A stretch of DNA of 62,944 nt, the filler included, from Hyphochytrium catenoides (lineage: Eukaryota > Protista > Hyphochytriomycota): assembly GCA_900088475.1 (NCBI GenBank). It is 5 parts of 5 records of this genome, joined end to end, with 100 filler letters (N's around TTAATTAATTAA, not from the genome) between each part and the next. Parts side by side here need not be neighbours in the genome. Positions count along the whole stretch, not along the records: positions 39,719 to 61,760 come from FLMG01002571.1; positions 61,861 to 62,944 come from FLMG01003659.1; 3 more parts are not named here. One strand, written 5' to 3'. Made by a program: the position numbers and the translations under genes. Positions 57,801 through 62,944 of this stretch are shown piece by piece. The notes under the pieces were generated by a model, which searched no databases, was not told the origin of the DNA, and saw nothing but the letters and a program-made list of their open reading frames with translations. Every line of letters begins with the position of its first letter. The first letter of the stretch is position 1.

Positions 57801-58908
57801 GACTTCCGCGATTATCTGCAAGAGAAGGAAGACGATTGGGCAGAGCTCATGGAAGAGTTCATAGAGAGCTGGGATGAGGTGAGTCAGCTCTCACTGGGAA
57901 GAGTGATAATAGAAAAGAGGCCACGCAGACATCTTTGCAGAGGAAGAGAGAAGAAGAGAGAGAAAGAGAGAGGCAGACCGGCAAGGACAAATCGAGAGAA
58001 GCTAGACCTAGAATCGCCTGATATGCTCTGTTCCTGTGCACTCTCTCTCGGTACTCTCTCTCTAGATAAAGACTGAAAGGCGGATCGCGATACACATCCC
58101 TTCTCTGTCTCTAGATGTAAACATCAGGTGAAGACTCCCCGCCGCCTCCGTTTCTCTCTCAGTTGTTCCTTTCTCGTTCGCGCTCTCTCTCCCTGTCTCC
58201 TTCCCTCTATCTCTTCTTCTTCTTCTTCTCTACGTCTACCTTCCATATTAATCTCTCAATCACCTCCGTGGTTCAAAAGCTGTGACTACTTCCTCATGCA
58301 GCGCCATAGACCAATCTCTGCTTTCGCTCTATGTGGTTGTTCTCTCTCCCTTCGGCCCTATGAGCTCATATACTCATTCCACATCTCTGGCCGAGCTGAA
58401 ACTCTCTCTCTCTATCTGTGTCTCTCTCTCCCCTGGGTCGCATTCTCTTTCCCTTAACCGATGGCCTAACTCCTAGGAAGCGCCTGTCGGACCAGTCCGT
58501 ACTTCAGAATGTTCAGCTGGCGCGAGTCTGTCAGGTGCTAGATCCGTTGGTTGACGTGATCTTCCTAACGTCTCAGGAGCTCAGTGCAGAAATAAAGAGC
58601 TACTACCTTAGAATGTTAGAGATAGGTACGTGCTCCTTTCCTCTGCCGTTGGTCGCACTCTGTTCCCTTTCTTCGTCTTAGCATCTACCATTCAGAGTCC
58701 CTCTTTCTTGCTCTCTCTCTCTCTCTTGCGCGAGATTTCTTTGTTCACCAGCCCGCTGGAAGACGGAGTCATAGTTGTGTTCCCTCCTTTCCTTCATGGT
58801 TTGTCTGGTTCCCTACCTTTTGTTACCCATCAATCCTGTCGTTTATTTCATGAAACCTCTCTCTCTCTCTTGCCTGTTCTCTTCTTCCTCTCTCTCTCGC
58901 TCTTTCTT

Positions 58909-58946
<38 letters not shown>

Positions 58947-59896
58947 GTTCTCTCTGCCTGTGACATGTGTGTTTCCTTACCTGCCTGTCTGCTTTTTTTT
59001 CTCTCTTTGCTTAACAGGAGGAGTGAAGGACCCAGGAACTCGTATAAAGTTTCTCTATCCAGAGAATGCTCCACGCTATCCTGCCCAGTTCTCTCTCTCT
59101 TCCCTCATTCTCTACTCCCCTCGCTGTCTCAAGCGAATCAAGAGGATGATTGAAGGGAGAAAAGCTTACATTGTGCCAGGTAGAACGCCATCATCTCTTG
59201 AGCCGTATCTCATCTCTCCGTCTCATCCTCTTCTTCACTACCGCCACAGCGGTCAATCGTCTCTTCTCGCACTTTTCTCTCTCGCTCTCTTTCTCTCTTG
59301 TCTCCTTCCTCTTGTACTATCTGAGCCTCATTTCCCATAAAGCATATTTGTTTCTGTGTGCCCCTCTCTGATTTTTTTACAATCTCACTGATCTGCAAGC
59401 CCGTCCTTCACTGCTGTCCTTTATCTTTTACCTCTCTTCTCTCCTTGTCTCTTCTGTTTTTCCTCCTCCACTTCTCAACCTGCGTAGCTCTCGCCTACAC
59501 CCTTTCGTCTTAGCTTATCTTTCCTTGCTTTCTGGTCTCGCGACAACTAGGCGCTTTGGGTCCTGATGATACACGGTTAGCACGCCACCTCCAGGTCCCA
59601 ATTATGGGTCCCGAGCCGTCAGAAGGAAGCTTTCTGTCGTCCAAGGTAAGGCTGAAGCAGCAAGCGCAGGCACTGAGACAGCGCACAAACCGATCGGGAG
59701 AGAAAGCATGAAGAGAGAAAGAGCACCACTTATCTTGCTCCATCCTTCTTCCCTCTTTCTTCTTTTATTCTCTTTCCTTCTAGATTATCCTTATGCGGAC
59801 GTTCTCCGCTGGTCGATGCCTCTAATAAGCTTGAATCCACCCTGCCTCCATCCCGCTTTCTCTCTCTGTCTCTCTCTGTCTCTCTCTCTGTCTCTC

Positions 59897-59935
<39 letters not shown>

Positions 59936-60334
59936 NNNNNNNNNNNNNNNNNNNNNNNCCCCAGTCTGGCGCCCGGCGATTGCTCAAAGATTCGGGAGTC
60001 AAATATCCGCCTGGCAGTCAAGACATTTATGATCGCGATACGCTTCTTCTCTCTCTCTCCTGCCTGATAACCGCTCATACGGACGTCAAGACCTGGATAG
60101 TAAAGGTAACCAGTTCAGTCTTTCTCCAACCCTCTTGCCCGCGACTCCTCCTCCTCAAGCACTCGTTGCTATCTCTCTCTCTCTTTATCTCCGTTACTCT
60201 TTATATATCCTTCATCTCTTGCCTTCCTTTTGTCTTTTCTTTCTCTTTTCTCTCTCCTCTCTTTCTGCTTATCTCTCTCTCTCTTTCTCTCTCTCCCTCT
60301 CTTTCTCTCTCTCCCTCTCTCTCTCTCTCCCTCT

Positions 60335-60383
<49 letters not shown>

Positions 60384-61760
60384 TCTCTCTCCTCCCTTCT
60401 CTCTCTATCTCTCACTCACTCTCTCTCTTTCCCCTCTTACCCTCGTGTCCATGTTACTTTCCATCATGCTCCCCTGCTCCCCAGTACCAATAACGATCCT
60501 TTGTCTATTCTCTCTCTGCCTCATCGACGGTATTTGACTGACATTCTCTTTGTTTAATACCCAGCTGGACATCAGTCTTCGCCCCGATTGGGCTTTCCTT
60601 ATCTCGTTGGAGAAGCTAGACAGAGTCGTCGCAGAGATCAGGACACACAAGGAGAAGGGAGAAGCGTACTGGCTGCATGAAGAGGTATGTTAAGGAGAGA
60701 GAAAAAGTGAGAGAGAGAGGATAAAGGAGGAAGAGGGACCATTCGGAAGAACTCACGATTGATCTCTCTCGCATGCGCTCCGCCTCCTCTCTCTCTCTTT
60801 GGCCCTCCTTCGGCCTTGGTGTTCAGGTTCAGGGCAATTTGAGGAAGTTTATTAAGGAAACGCTGCACGACTCGTTGGAGGACATCGCCGTCATCTGCAC
60901 AGAGAATGTAAAGCGATGCTCTTCTCTGTCATACAAATTTCCCCGGCGCAGCTGTCTATCATGTCTCCGTCTTCTCTGTATCTCTCTCTTTTCTCTATAA
61001 TCTCTCTTGGGGCGAGTTCTTTCTTGCATATCAGCCTTTTACCTTCGATGCATCGCGCCAATTTTTGCACGTTCTCTTTTCTCTCTCACACACTTTTTCT
61101 CTCTCTCTCTCTCTCTCTCTNNNNNNNNNNNNNNNNNNNNNNNNNNNNNNNNNNNNNNNNNNNNNCTCGCTCGCTCGCTCGCTCTCTCGCTCTCTCTCTC
61201 GCTCTCTCTCGCTCTCGCTCTCTCTCTCTCTCGCTCTCACTTTTGCTCTCTCTTTTTGTGCTTTGCCTCTCCCTAATTGACTCTCACAACCGACCACCTC
61301 TTGTTTGTCATGTTCTCTGTCTTTTAAAGATGTGCTCCTCTTGGGACGAATTCTGGGACTTGCTGTCAAAGTGCGGAGCGGTCATTGAGGTGATCTTCAG
61401 TCCATGTCTCTCCACGTGGATGAGCGATGTCCTCGCTCTTCATATATATCTGTCTCTCTCTCCCTCTTTTGCCTTCAACTTCCTTTTGCCTTCAACTTTC
61501 TTTGACTCTCCTCTTCCATAATTATGTCTATTTATCGCACGACGTCTCCATCCATCCTACATGTATCTTTGCCTCTGCCCTCCTGCCTTGGTCAGCCCTC
61601 TGGCCGTCACATGGGGCTCGCTTCTCGTTCCTCTCCTCCGTGCCTTTCTGCTCCTCCCTTCGACGGTCTCCCTCAATTGTGATCTTAGGCTCTCCCTGAC
61701 GATGTGATGGGTCACTGCTCCGCGCATCTCTTCATTGAGCCCTCGGGTCCCATTCATCTC
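53823..61760 (+). CDS. IQCH: IQ domain-containing protein H-like, multi-exon, 3' truncated by scaffold end
   Basis: YHAEDVGRILLQVQQDL; IQ motifs AATKIQATWRM and ATKIQRAWR; QNVQLARVCQVLDPLVDVIF; PENAPRYPAQFSLSSLILYSPRCLKRIK..AYIVPG; LQVPIMGPEP; SAHLFIEPSG. Confidence 0.88.
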
Positions 61761-61860
61761 NNNNNNNNNNNNNNNNNNNNNNNNNNNNNNNNNNNNNNNN
61801 NNNNTTAATTAATTAANNNNNNNNNNNNNNNNNNNNNNNNNNNNNNNNNNNNNNNNNNNN
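61761..61860. other. artificial scaffold spacer
   Basis: 44N-TTAATTAATTAA (61805-61816)-44N. Confidence 0.98.
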
Positions 61861-62376
61861 GACGCCATGTGGATGTTCAAGTACTTGCTGGTTATTGCCG
61901 CGTGCTTTGAGGCATACGCTCATGGCTCCAATGAAACAGCAAATGCCACCGCGGCTTTCAGTGCCGTCATCCAGGGCTTCCAGAAGGGGGAGTATGCCTG
62001 TTCAAACGCTAACAGTCAGTGGTGGATCATGCTTATCGGTGGATGCTTCCTTGGTCTGGGTATCATAGTGCTAGGTTATAAGGTCATGGAGACGCTAGGA
62101 AAGGACCTGGCACTGTTCAGTTACCATCGAGGCTTCTGTGTGGAGTTAGGCTCTTCTATCACCATCGTCATGGCATCAGTCCTGCAGCTACCTGTCTCAT
62201 CTACTCATTGCCAAGTTGGCGCCGTCGTGGCTGTTGGCGCTGCTGCGTTCGGGTTGAGGAACATTAAGTGGAAACTTCTCGCAGGGATCTTCTCCACGTG
62301 GGTGATCACGGTTCCAGCTAACGCTCTGCTCTCTGCCTTCCTAACGTATCTCGTGCAGTTTGCCTTCAGAGATTAG
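61861..62376 (+). CDS. PiT/PHO4 family phosphate transporter, C-terminal domain only (5' truncated)
   Basis: AYAHGSNETANA; GYKVMETLGKDL; RGFCVELGSSIT; LPVSSTHCQVGAVVAVG; WVITVP. Confidence 0.93.
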   Translation, partial: DAMWMFKYLLVIAACFEAYAHGSNETANATAAFSAVIQGFQKGEYACSNANSQWWIMLIGGCFLGLGIIVLGYKVMETLGKDLALFSYHRGFCVELGSSITIVMASVLQLPVSSTHCQVGAVVAVGAAAFGLRNIKWKLLAGIFSTWVITVPANALLSAFLTYLVQFAFRD

Positions 62377-62944
62377 GCGTTCTATCACCGCGCAAGTAGT
62401 GCTTTTAGACCTTTGGCGCCGTTCAGAGGTCTGCTTCTTTCACCTAAAAAAGAGCTGCTGCTGCGCCACTGCGTCGGCCAACTGCTAAGGACCAGTTGCA
62501 GGCTAGAAGTTGTGTTGATTGGTCTGTACATCAAAGTTCCTCTGACTGATGCGTCATTGCATACGCCTTCATCGGCCTTTTCCTTGGTCCTTTTGATGAC
62601 AGCTCGAAGTTTGCCATTGTGATCTGGAGAATCACATAGCTGCCTAGAGCTATAATGACTTAAGCTAATTTATAATAATATTCTTAGCGCACGTTGGCAT
62701 CACCTTGCGAGCTTGGCCTTGGCCTTTCAGCCTCACTCGTCTTTATCACTGCCATAGGAGCCACTAAGGTCAGTTCTAGAAGAATAGTCTTTCTGCCTTC
62801 TTCACCCGAGTCAATTCGCTGTGCGAAAGTTCCTAACAACGCCACCCAAGTTGCATTCAAACAACGAGGTGAGCACTCGAAAGACAGCGGCAAGCATAGC
62901 ACCTACAGCTACTAGGCTACGTTGACGATAGATGTACATAATAA

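Larger units (their letters stand above)
2091..61230. repeat. dense dispersed (GA)n/(TC)n microsatellite and polypurine tracts
   Basis: Dozens of tracts (e.g. 2091-2230, 5990-6140, 9560-9725, 28600-28865, 60250-60430). Most internal N gaps sit inside them. Confidence 0.99.

Noticed and set aside
5500-61500. The many short SLSLSL/ERERER ORFs in the ORF track
   Set aside because: (GA)n/(TC)n tracts lack stop codons, and these ORFs lie in introns or antisense to real genes.
62380-62944. Convergent minus-strand gene downstream of PiT
   Set aside because: Only weak exon-like segments are present, with no recognisable homology, and the region is cut by the window end.

Overview
Eukaryotic protist nuclear DNA, intron-rich and heavily loaded with (GA)n/(TC)n microsatellites. 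The gene content (GT71 mannosyltransferase with a CxxWRQ Cys module, FLC/TRP-like membrane protein, Cys-insert SPPL, IQCH) points to a flagellated stramenopile, probably oomycete-related; this is an inference. The window is not one locus: five scaffolds are joined by an artificial 100-nt spacer (44N-TTAATTAATTAA-44N). I reconstructed spliced genes by hand: PITHD1, a glutaredoxin/GT71/pseudo-GT71 fusion, a 5'-truncated myosin, a pseudo-NDK protein, a POT/PTR transporter, a membrane protein, SPPL, a 4-exon orphan with a sororin-like motif, a TRP/FLC-like protein, RPN1, a 5-exon SAM methyltransferase whose catalytic exons are missing from the ORF track, RPL11, IQCH and a PiT transporter fragment. 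The code is standard (conserved genes end in TAA, TAG and TGA). No rRNA, tRNA, CRISPR array or intact mobile element was recognised. The best leads are a predicted Golgi mannosyltransferase with a lumenal CxxC glutaredoxin and a dead second GT domain, a His-less NDK fusion, microsatellite invasion of conserved domains, shared GATCT-core motifs in two bidirectional promoters, and a decayed 2OG-Fe(II) oxygenase. All family calls come from motif recognition by eye; no searches were run.
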